Assembly: GCA_963575745.1 (NCBI GenBank)
Contig: CAUYUJ010000254.1
Location: 1-64,000, forward strand
Source: Prorocentrum cordatum
Taxonomy: Eukaryota
Length of the DNA: 64,000 nucleotides
Reading direction: 5' to 3'
Part shown: piece after piece, positions 26,535 through 37,054 of the stretch
Layout of the letters: the number at the start of each line of letters is the position of its first letter
How positions within the stretch are numbered: position 1 is the first letter of the stretch
Made by a program: the position numbers and the translations under genes
The notes under the pieces: model-generated
The model's database searches: none
Seen by the model: only the letters and a program-made list of their open reading frames with translations
Told to the model about the DNA's origin: nothing

Positions 26535-27632
26535 GTGCATATACATATACATATACATATGAATATTATGATTGTTAGTGCTCGTGCAATTTTTGAGTAT
26601 TTTGTATTTTCCTTTTCAAAATCCCCCTGTGGGGGGACACGCCCGACTTAACTCTAGCCGTGATCTTCGAGGCGGGGGATCTATCCATATCCACCTCCCG
26701 TGGAACCGACGTCCTGGGAGTCAAGCGAGCGGTGGACACGGACACGCTTGGCCCCCCCCCAGGGCCCGAATCTAGCCATACCCACCGCCTGCCGACGTCC
26801 CCGAAGGCCGACCTCTAGCAGAACCCGCCAAGCCTCTGGCCAGGCCCTCCTCCAGCTCAGGATGTTGGCGCTCGGGCGCCCCCCCCCTCAGCGCGCGGGC
26901 TCTGCGCCGGCTCGGAGGGCGCCAACTGCACCCGCGCCGATCCTGGCCTGGCCAATGCTGGGCCCAGGTCCTCGTCGTCCTCCTCCTCCTTCTTCCTCAC
27001 CTCCTCCTCCTCCTTCTTCACTTCCTCCTCTTACTCCTCCTCCTCCTTCTTCACTTCCTCCTCCTCCTCCTCCTCCTCCTCCTCCTCCTGGGCCCAGGGT
27101 CGGTGAATGTGCCTCTTCGCGCCAACCGCGCCACGCCAGGATGACGTAAGCACCGATCCTGGGCCCAGGATGGGCCTGGCCAGTCCGGGGAACCGATGCC
27201 GCAAGCAACATCGGAACATTGTCAAAAAACCAGAGCACTGTCAAAGAACCGCGACCGGGGCCCCAGACCCTATCATTCTGCTGTATTTTCAGAGCCAGAT
27301 CCATCTGAGCGACGATAAACAACGGGTCTTACGCGATTTTGCACGCGGCGGCGTGCGCGGGCCGCCGGCGTGGCACGCCACACTGGGGACGAGGGCGCTT
27401 ACGCGCGACCTTACGCGGGCAGCTTGCGCGCCACTGCTGGCGCAGACGACCCCGTTTGTCTGCGTCGCTCACTGGGATCTGATCCCGGGGCCCGAAACCG
27501 GGCGAGAGAGCGCCCAGTGTCAGGATCTCAAGGAGGATGGGTTCATACGGTCGGGAATCTTGGCTCAGCGTGTAGCTCTGCTGGTCCTGGCCCACCACGC
27601 TTCGGCGCGACACGCTGTCCACATCTTGGTTT
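25305..27632 (+). repeat. Tandem segmental duplication, ~1216-bp unit, two copies
   Basis: Near-identical sequence at 25356 and 26572 onward. The copies are joined by a (TAT)n tract at ~26416-26533. Confidence 0.92.
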
Positions 27633-27856
27633 CCAAGCGTCAACTTGGAACCGACGTCCTCGGAGTCAACTTTCCCAGTTTTCCGAGTTTTTCCCATCCA
27701 ACTTTCCGAGTTTTTCCCATCCCCCGCCCCGCGTGGCGGAGCGGCGCGACTTCCGCTCGCAGGGCACGGCGTGTCGCCGGAGCCGCCGCCGCGACGCGAG
27801 GGGAGACAGCTCCCGACCGTGCAGGTACACATCGGGGGCGGCCCAAGAGTCTAGGC

Positions 27857-28098
27857 CTCCTAGATGGGGTCCGAGTAGATGGGGTCAGAGGATCGCGCCG
27901 CATCGCCGATGCATCGCCGATGCAGCTCGATGTGGAGCCCGATTTTTTCCACGTCGACGTCGCCGATGCATCGCCCACGTCGATGCCTCATCGCCGGTGC
28001 ATCGCCGATGCATCGCCGATGTATCGCCAATGTATCGCCGATGTATCGGCGATGCGGCGCGGTCCTCCGACCCCATCTACTCCGACCCCATCTAGGAG
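27857..28098. mobile_element. MITE-like fold-back element with ~54-bp terminal inverted repeats
   Basis: The left arm CTCCTAGATGGGGTCCGAGTAGATGGGGTCAGAGGATCGCGCCGCATCGCCGAT is the reverse complement (3 mismatches) of the right arm ending at 28098. Internal CATCGCCGATG repeats. Confidence 0.75.
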
Positions 28099-28495
28099 CC
28101 CTCTAAAGAGGGAGGTGATGACTGGTGGGGTGGATCTCACGGCGGGGGCCATGATGTTCGCCCCAGATCTCATGGCGCCTCTTCTCATTCCAGTGCGCCC
28201 CTCGGCCCCCCCCTTCTCCTGGGCCGCGCACGTGCCGCCAGCCATGATTCGTTCTCCCCGCGTCTGGGACGCCCCCTCTCTCGTCATCGAGCACAAGAAG
28301 AACCCCTAGCCCCAATGACGCGATGAAGACGTGACCTCACTGAGGTCCCCGCCTTCGCACCAGGCATGACCACGCTGGGCGGTTGGGTCCCATGCATCTG
28401 CAGAAGAGGCCCCCTCTATCCCTGATGTTTTTGGCCCTCCAAACTCAGGTCCCCTCCAAAAGGGTTAGGGGTCCTTTTTTGGCTTATCATAGGGC

Positions 28496-28640
28496 AAAAC
28501 TCGGAGGTCCGCGCGGACTTCTCAGATCGGCGCTGGACCCCTCTCCCTGGCGCGCGGAGCGCGCCAGGGGCGGCGCCGGAGGCGCCGCCAGGAAGCCCCG
28601 TCGCGGATCCGAGGAATCCGCGCGGACCTCAGAGTTTTTA
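28496..28640. mobile_element. Short fold-back/MITE-like element with 22-bp inverted repeats
   Basis: AAAACTCGGAGGTCCGCGCGGA ... TCCGCGCGGACCTCAGAGTTTT (1 mismatch). Related copy at ~6820-6955. Confidence 0.7.
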
Positions 28641-30012
28641 TGTTTATGTGATTGTTCGTTCCCCTAGGTTAGAGGTCCTCTTACATAGTATAAGCGGCGT
28701 CTGGGGCCCCGCGGCCCAGGGTCGCACACTTTTCCCAAACTCCCCCCCCCCCCCCCGTAACCGAATTTCCCCCCTGGGCTGCGGGGGCCTTTTCTGGCAT
28801 CCAGGGGCCCGTTTCCTGAGTCCCGGAACTTTTTCCGCTTCCCCGAGGAGTCCATCTAGGCTTTTGGAGAAGGCAAGAAGCCGCCAAGACGGCCCAAGAG
28901 CGCTCCAAGCCGCCCAAGATGGCCCCATGATCGGCCCAAGAGGCCCCCAAGATGCCCCAAGGTCGCTCCGCGAGGACCTCGAGGAGAGCCCCAAGACGCC
29001 AAAATCATTGATTTTCATTGTGTGTTCCCAATATTTGTGGCTTCTCACGTTTTCGAGCGGCCGACACTCCAAGACTGCCCAAGAAACCTCCAACGTCGCC
29101 CCAAGAGGCCCCCAAGAGGCCCCCAAGAGGCCCCCAAGACAGCCCAAGAGGACCGCATGATCGGCCCAAGAGGCCCCCAAGACGGCCCAAGAGGGCCTGA
29201 AGAGGGCCTGAAGACGGCTCCAAGATGGGCCCAAGAGAGGGAACGCGAACCGACCTTTCGAGTTTCCCGCCCCCAGAGACCCCCAGGAGGCCCCAAGAGG
29301 CCCCCAAGTGGCTCCAAGAGGCTCCAAAGAGTCCCCAAAGATACTTAAGGGAGGTCCGACAAGCTCCACAACGACCCCGCGGAGGCTTCAAACCTACTTC
29401 CAAAAGGCCCCCCGAGAGGCATCCCACGATATCACCCTAGCGACCATCCGAGAAGCCTCTAACCCACAACCCAGACACGGTTGCGGGATGGGCCCAGAAC
29501 TGCGACCTGTGGTTCGCATGGGGGACTGGGGGGGCCTTGAGGGCTCCAAGAGGGCTCAGAAGGGGCCCCGGACCCCTCCAGAGGCCCCCGAGCTGGCCCA
29601 AGATATCCCCAGGAGGCTCCAGAGAGCCCCCCAGATGCCCGAACAGAGGCGCTCTCTGCCCCAAGAGGCCCCCAAGAGGCCCCAGGAGACTCCCAGGAGG
29701 CCTCCACGACGCCCCAAGAAGCCACCAAAAAGGCTCCAGAAAGACCCGAGAAGCTCCCGAGAAACCCCCACCGAGCTCGCAGGAGGCCTCTACACAGACC
29801 CTCAGAAGCCCGCCAGAAGCCCTTCGTCCTCCATGCTCTGGAACAGCCCTTCGGAACACGTGGCCCTGGCTGAACACGTGGCCCTGGCTGCACCCCCCGA
29901 CCCGCCCACCCAATGTCGAGGCCCGAGGACGCCCCCATGACGCCCGCAAGACGCTCCGGAAACGCCTCTCCCGCACGTGGATCAGGTGACAATGATGCTG
30001 ATCGTCGGTGGT

Positions 30013-30087
<75 letters not shown>

Positions 30088-31009
30088 GTCGTCGCTGGTA
30101 CGCTACAGGCCAAACCCTTCCTTGAACTTCGCAGTATCCGCCCGAAAATCACGCATGGGTGAAAGGGAGGAACCGGGAAGACCACACGGAAAAGGCCCCA
30201 TGGAAGTTGACACCGCCTTCGGAGTCGACTAGAACCTGAGCGCGCGCGAAGCGCGCGCGTGGCTCTTGTTTGGTAAATATTCTCTGACGCCCCCGAACAC
30301 AGCTGGCGCCCTCCGGCCAGCGGCGGGGGCGCCCTGGCGGCGGCGCCCCGCGGCTGCCGCGCTCGGGGCGCCGCCCGGCCGTGCCCGCCCCGCGTCCCGG
30401 GCCGCGCCAGCCGCGCGGCCGTGCGGCGGCGTGCGGCGGCGCGGCGCGGCCCGGGCCGCCGCAGGGGGCGGCATGGCATCGAGGGAAGGAGCACGCGGGC
30501 CAATGGATCAAGGGGATCGCAAACATGGAGCAAGGGGGCGCGGATTGGCGACGGGTCCCGTTTCCATGGGGAATCTGGATTTTCGCCGCCGAACGAGGGG
30601 GCACCGGCTGCAGTGTTGAGAGGGGCGGCGTGGCATCGAGGGAAGGAGCACGCGGGCCAATGGTTCAGTTGGGCTCGTCCCTCTACAGGAGGCATGCTCA
30701 AAAACAGTGAAAAACAAATCTGGGGACGACTGTTCAAGTATTTCCCCACATGCTTCGTGGGGTTATGGTTTTCATCCCTGCCGCGTCGCACCCGCGTCTC
30801 CTCCTCACCCACCTCCCCTCCCTCCTCCTTTCTCCCCTCCTCCACTTCCTTCCTCCCTTCACCCACACGCAACCCATGCACGGCACGTGCATCAGACACG
30901 CGTCTACATACAGCCGCACGCATGCACACACTCGCACACACACACACACAACGTATACCGTACAACGCTAGTGCACGCCTGGCGTTTTCACTTCACTGCA
31001 TCATACACC

Positions 31010-31860
31010 CAAGACGTGTGGGAGCGCTGTCCGTTTCGGGCTCGCACAGCGAGGCATGCGTGGCACTTCCTCGTCACCACAGGGGCTGCGCAGTGGGTGG
31101 GAGCGCTATCCGTTTCGGGCTCGCAAAGCGTGGCAGGCGTGGCACATCCTCGACGCCACAGGGGGTGAGCTGGGGGTGGGAGCGCTATCTTCGGGCTCGC
31201 AGAGCGTGGCAGGCGTGGCACTTCCTCGACACCACAGGGGGTGAGCTGGGGATAGGAGCGCCATCCGTTTCGGGCTCGCAAAACGTGGCAGGCGTGGCAC
31301 TTCCTCGACACCACACGGGATGCGCTTGGGGTGGGAGTGCTATCCGTTTCGTGCTCGCAATGCGTGGCAGGTGTGGCACACCCTCGACACCACAGGGAGT
31401 ACGCAAAGCGTGGCAGGCGTGGCACTTCCTCGACACCACGGGCTGCTCTGTGGGTGGGAGCGCTATCCGTGTCGGGCTCGCAAGTCGTTGCAGGCGTGGC
31501 ACATCCTCGACACCACAGGGGGTGAGCTGGGGGTGGGAGCGCTAGCTTCGGGCTCGCAGAGCGTGGCAGGCGTAGCACATCCTCGACACCACAGGGGGTG
31601 AGCTGGGGGTGCGAGCGCTGTCTTCGGGCTCGCAGAGCGTGGCAGGCGTGGCACGTCCTCGACACCACAGGGGGCGCGCTGGGGATGGGAGCGCTATCTT
31701 CGGGCTCGCACAGCGTGGCAGGCGTGGCATTTCCTCGACACCACAAGGGGATGAGCTGGGGGTTCTGGGCTCGCAAAGAGTGGCAAGCGCTGCATTTTCT
31801 TGACACCACAGGGGCTGCGCTGGGGGTGGGGGCGCTATCCGTTTTGTGCTCGCAGAACGC
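31010..31860 (+). repeat. Minisatellite, ~77-bp unit (family B, core GCGTGGCAGGCGTGGCACTTCCTCGACACCACAGGGG)
   Basis: CTCGACACCAC recurs at ~31225, 31304, 31383, 31506, 31582, 31658, 31734. Confidence 0.9.
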
Positions 31861-32159
31861 GTCAGGCGAGCCCGCATGTTATCCAGAACTGTAAACACCT
31901 TGGCTCAAGCCGTTTCGGCGTGCACGCGCTTCCACGCAGTTTCGCCTGTACTTCCGTTTGAGGGCAGCAACCGCGGTACCTGTGCGTGGCAGACATGCCG
32001 CCCAAAATTGCCATGGACGCCTTGCCACCTCCGTGTTTGCTGATGAAGAAGGCAATGATTCAGATGGGTGGCGAGGTCAGCGTGGAGATTTCGCGCAGAT
32101 GTGCCCACGGAGTGGTGCTGTCCGCATTTAATGCGTACCGCCGCCAGCTCGACAATTAG

Positions 32160-34390
32160 TGGCCTGACGTGGCATCGCAGGCGTGGTGTATTCTCGACGC
32201 CGTAGGGGGTGCGCAGGGCGTGGTCTCTGAGCGCGGCCGCTATCCGAAACGGTCGCCCAGGGCGTAGCAGGCGTGGCATTTTCTCGACACCGTAGGGGGT
32301 GCGCAGGGGGTGGTCTCTGAGCGCGGCCGCTATCCGAGACGGTCGCCCATGGCGTAGCAGGCGTGGCACTTTCTCGACGCCATAGGGGTGCGCAGCGGGT
32401 GGTCTCTGAACGCGGCCGCTATCCGAGCCAGTCGTCCAGGGCGTAGCAGGCGTGGCACTTTCTCGACACCGTGCGGGGTGCGCAGGGGGTGGTCTTTGAA
32501 CGCGGCCGCTATCCGAGTCTGTCGTCCAGGGCGTCGCAGGCGTGGCACTTTCTCGAAACCCCCGGGGGGGCGCAGGGAACGGCCACCAACATCATCATTC
32601 TCACATGCTTCACTTCAGCTATCTTTTGGCCATTTCCATTTTTCGTCCAAAATCCGTCTGTAGGAGGACACGCCCGACCTAAGCCAACGGGTTCGGCACG
32701 ATGGACACAGGTACGGAAAGACAGCGGGTACGATGACCGACAGCAGATCGGGTTCATTCTGAACAGGGTTCGCTGTCGGTGTCGCCGCGGAGGGTGTCCG
32801 CGCGGGCCAACTGTTCGGGGCGATTGACACGGGTGCGGGAAAGGGTCGGGGACTGGGGCGTATATACATTAGTAGCGACGCGCTGTTTTTCAATCCCAGG
32901 ACTGTTTGAGGGTCGGGGACGGCGTCGGGGTGGTGTGGTGTATGTTCTTTTTGCCCGTTCTCCCGGGGAAACGACGAACAATGTATACACAAGGATCCCA
33001 TATACACCAGGATCCGCTGTCGTGTGCGAGTTTCAGTGCGGGGGAAACAGCGTCGGTGCATAGAGTTTGGTTCCTTACCGAATGGGTACGATGACTGGCC
33101 GCATATCGGATTCATTCTGAACAGGACTCGTGGTCGGTGTCGCCGCGGAGGGCGCTCATCTCATATGCAGCTCAACAATGAGTGGCCTGACGTGGCATCG
33201 CAGGCGTGGTATATTCTCGACGCCGTAGGGGGTGCGCAGGGCGTGGTCTCTGAGCGCGGCCGCTATCCGAGACGGTCGCCCAGGGCGTAGCAGGCGTGGC
33301 ATTTTCTCGACACCGTAGGGGGTGCGCACGGGGTGGTCTTTGAGCGCGGCCGCTATCCGAGCCGGTCGTCCAGGGCATAGCAGGCGTGATTTTTTCTTGA
33401 CACCATAGGGGTGCGCAGGGAGTGGTCATGAAGCGCGGCCGCTATCCGAGACGGTCGCCCATGGCGTAGGAGGCGTGGCAGTTTCTCGACACTGTAGGGG
33501 GTGCGCAGGGGGTGGTCTTTGAGCGCGGCCGCTATCCGAGCCGGTCGTCCAGGGCATAGCAAGCGTGGCACTTTCTCGACACCATAGGGGTGCGCAGGGG
33601 GAAGTCTCTGAGCGCGGCCGCTATCCGAGACGGTCGCCCATGGCGTAGCAGGCGTGGCACTTTCTCGACACCGTACGGGGTGCGCAGGGGGTGGTCTCTG
33701 AACGCGGCCGTTATCCGAGTCAGGCGTCCAGGGCGTCGCAGGCGTGGCATATTCTCGAAACCCCCGGGGGGGCGCAGGGAACGGCCACCAACATCATCAT
33801 TCTCACATGCTTCACTTCAGCTATCATCACTCCAGACGTAACAATATAAGTGCGTGGGGTTCCTCGGTAACGCATTTTTTGGAGACTTTTCTTTTGGAGC
33901 ATCTTTTGGCCATTTCCATTTTTCGTCCAATATCCTCCTGTAGGAGGACACGCCCGACCTAAGCCAACGGGTTCGGCACGATGGACACAGGTACGGAAAG
34001 ACAGCGGGTACGATGACCGACGGCAGATCGGGTTCATTCTGAACAGGATTCGCTGTCGGTGTCGCCGCGGAGGGTGTCCGCGCGGGCCAACTGTTCGGTA
34101 CGATCGACACGTGTGCGGAAACGGGTCGGGGACTGTTTGAGGGTCGGGGACGGCGTCGGGGTGGTGTGGTGTATTTTCTTTTTGCCCGTTCTCCCAGGGA
34201 AACGACGAACAATGTATACACCAGGATCCCGTATACACCAGGATCCGCTGTCGTGTGCGAGTTTCAGTGCGGGGGAAACAGCGTCGGTGCATAGAGTTTG
34301 GCTCCTTACGGAGTGGGTACGATGACCGACCGCATATCGGATTCATTCTGAACAGGACTCGTGGTCGGTGTCGCCGCGGAGGGTGCTCAT
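32160..34390 (+). repeat. ~1.2-kb tandem duplication containing a 90-bp minisatellite (family B variant)
   Basis: TTCTCGAC at 90-bp spacing (32191, 32281, 32372, 32460, 32551). GGCCACCAACATCATC at 32581 and 33783. Confidence 0.88.
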
Positions 34391-35171
34391 CTCAGATTCA
34401 GCGGCCGTTGTCGGATTTTGACAATTTTTGCTGTTGGACATCGCATTCATTTTTTCCGTACAGTGGGGGCCCATTCCAAGAAACACCCTGCTTGCCTCCA
34501 GGGTGCCCTGAGTTTCTTTGGTTTCGATGGTTTTGCCATGGAAAGCGTGACGTTCCCACGCCAAAAATTGATTGACGTCCTGGGGGTCCAGGGTTGGGCT
34601 TCTTGTGGAATGCTTCTTGTGGTCGGGCCCCCACTGTACCCGTTTCGGGCGTCCAGCGGTGCGGGACCGCAGGAATCACTCCGGGCATTGGCCCGAGGCG
34701 GCCTGCGCCTGGGCTTTTGGCACCCCCGGAAAATCTCCTGGAGGCCTCGCGCGGCGCGTCATAGGTGTATTACGGCGAGGGCATTGGATAAGGAACCACC
34801 GAGGAATCCAGGGTCTGGAAGCTGGTGGAGCAGCAATCGTGGATTGGCCATGGATATCACTGCCGACCTCATCAGATAAGGAATCCTCCAGGGTCTGAAG
34901 CCCCGTAGGCACATTCCTTAACGAACGCCCCCACCGTATATAGTCCACACGTCAGCTCCGTAAAAGCTATTGGTCGACGCTTGAGCGGCGATGCTCTGGC
35001 GTCAGTCCGACGTAAGTCCGACGTAGTTCCGACGTAGTCCGACGTGAATCTGACGTAGATACGACGTGGATCCGACGTAAATCGAGTCTCAAGTTGACGC
35101 GCGAGGCCTCCGGGAATGTCTTCATACCCTTGCTGATAAGGATTCAGGTTGCGCACAGACAGCCTCCTCAG

Positions 35172-35393
35172 GTAGTCCCGGCTGGCCTCGACAGGCCACC
35201 CGGGTGGTCCCAGCTGGCCTCAACAGGCCCCCCGAGTAGTTCGGGGCGGTCTCAACGCTTCAACCCTGGGGCGCGCCCCAGGGGCGCCTCTCGAGGCGGC
35301 GCCGGGGTGTTGAGACCGCCTCGGACTACTCAGAGGTCCTATTGAGGCCAATTGGGACCACTCGGGTGGCCTATAAGAGCCAGCCGGGACTGC
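35172..35393. repeat. ~220-bp imperfect palindrome (fold-back)
   Basis: AGTCCCGGCTGGC...GGCCACCCGGGTGGTCCCA...GCGGTCTCAAC pairs with GTTGAGACCGC...TGGGACCACTCGGGTGGCC...GCCAGCCGGGACT. Confidence 0.8.
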
Positions 35394-36209
35394 ATGTGGA
35401 GTGGACAACCCGAAGCCTTAGTTGCCCATGGTGATGCCCAAGAGGTCGCGGGACCCGGACTTTCTCGCGTCGTGACAGACATCACGGCGGGATTTTTTTT
35501 GCAGCAATCTTTGGCCTCTGGGGACCCTCTCTGGGCTTGAAAGCCGGAGTTGGGACGTGGTCACACCTGGGCCCACGTCGTGAAACAATCATGATTCCGG
35601 GGGTTTGGTTTTTGTCGACGCCGATTTTGGTCACGGTCCATGCCGGCCGTCGCCGATTGGCGATGATGTTCGCGAATCGACGATGGCCAAGGTGGACGAT
35701 GGCCAAGACCGATCCCGACGTTTCCGCGTTCAGTCCCTGTCAGTTATTTCCATGGTCCTCGTTTTCTTTCCCTCTGGCAGCCCTAGCGTCCTTGCCCGCT
35801 CGCGCGGTGTGGGCGGACCTGCTGTATCGGAGGCGCCCAGGGCGAGTCACCGCCGCCCCCTGCCATCCTTGAGGCCATCTCGGCCGTCCAGGGGGCCATT
35901 TCGCACTCCCTTGGGGCCGTCCTGGGGCCTCTCGGGGGCCTTTTGATCGCACCATGTGGGTGGACCTGCTGTATGAAAGACGCCCAAGGTGAACCTCCGC
36001 CGCTCTCTGCCTTCTGGAAGCGCCTATGTGGCCAAACATTGGGCCTAAGTTTTGGACAACTATTGGGCTCCGTGCTCCCCCAGCCGTTGTGGACACCTGG
36101 AACATGTTGGGGAGAAAAGGAACAGGAGGGGGAGGAGGATGAGGATGAGGAACAGGCATAGGAGCATGAGGAGGAGGAGGAGGAGGAGGAGGAGGAGGAG
36201 GAGGAGGAG

Positions 36210-36309
36210 NNNNNNNNNNNNNNNNNNNNNNNNNNNNNNNNNNNNNNNNNNNNNNNNNNNNNNNNNNNNNNNNNNNNNNNNNNNNNNNNNNNNNNNNNNN
36301 NNNNNNNNN
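36210..36309. other. Assembly gap (100 N) within a (GAG)n tract
   Basis: Run of N. Confidence 1.
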
Positions 36310-37054
36310 GAGGCGGAAGGTGGAGGAGGAGGAGGATCGAGGAGAGAGGGAGGGACGAGGGATGAGCGAGGAGCGAGGAGCGAGGAGGGAGGAGGGAGGA
36401 GAGATGCGATAAGAGGGATGTGGGAGGAGTGAGGAGGGAGGGAGGGATGAGGGAAGAGGGATGAGGGAGGAGCGAGGAAGGAGGAGGGAGGAGGTAGGAG
36501 TGAGTATGGAGCAGCGAGGAGGGAGGAGGGAGGAGGGAGCAGAATGGAGGAAGCAGGGAGGAGGGAGGGGGGAGGTGAAACGAGGAGGGAGAGAGGCTGT
36601 CGAGTATCGTGCTATTCGACATAGTCGAGAAGCACACTAAAGGCGGCTTAGCTGCTCAGCATTGCTAAGACGCTTAGGCCACTTCCCCTGCTCAATCGAT
36701 CAAGGTACACGCCTCGATGAGTGGGGATCTTGAAACCACATGGCTTAGACAGGGCTCGATTCTGCTGGCTGCCGTATCGCCCGCCGCCCCTGCAAATCCA
36801 TCGCATGTGTCCGATCGGCTCAACCCCCAGCTATATGGAACCGCCCCCCGAGGGATTGCTGCATATTTATCATCAAGGTGTCACAGGCTGGAAGCAATCC
36901 GAATTCCACCAACCTGTCTGAGTGGCGGGAGTAGCCGACCCCTTACATCGAAGACAACGCTTGCGATCGTCGCTCAGGCTATGTGATGGGCTAAACGAGG
37001 CGAGGAACGAAGGGGCGGGGGGAGGAGGAGGAGGAGGAGGAGGATCCTTGCTCC

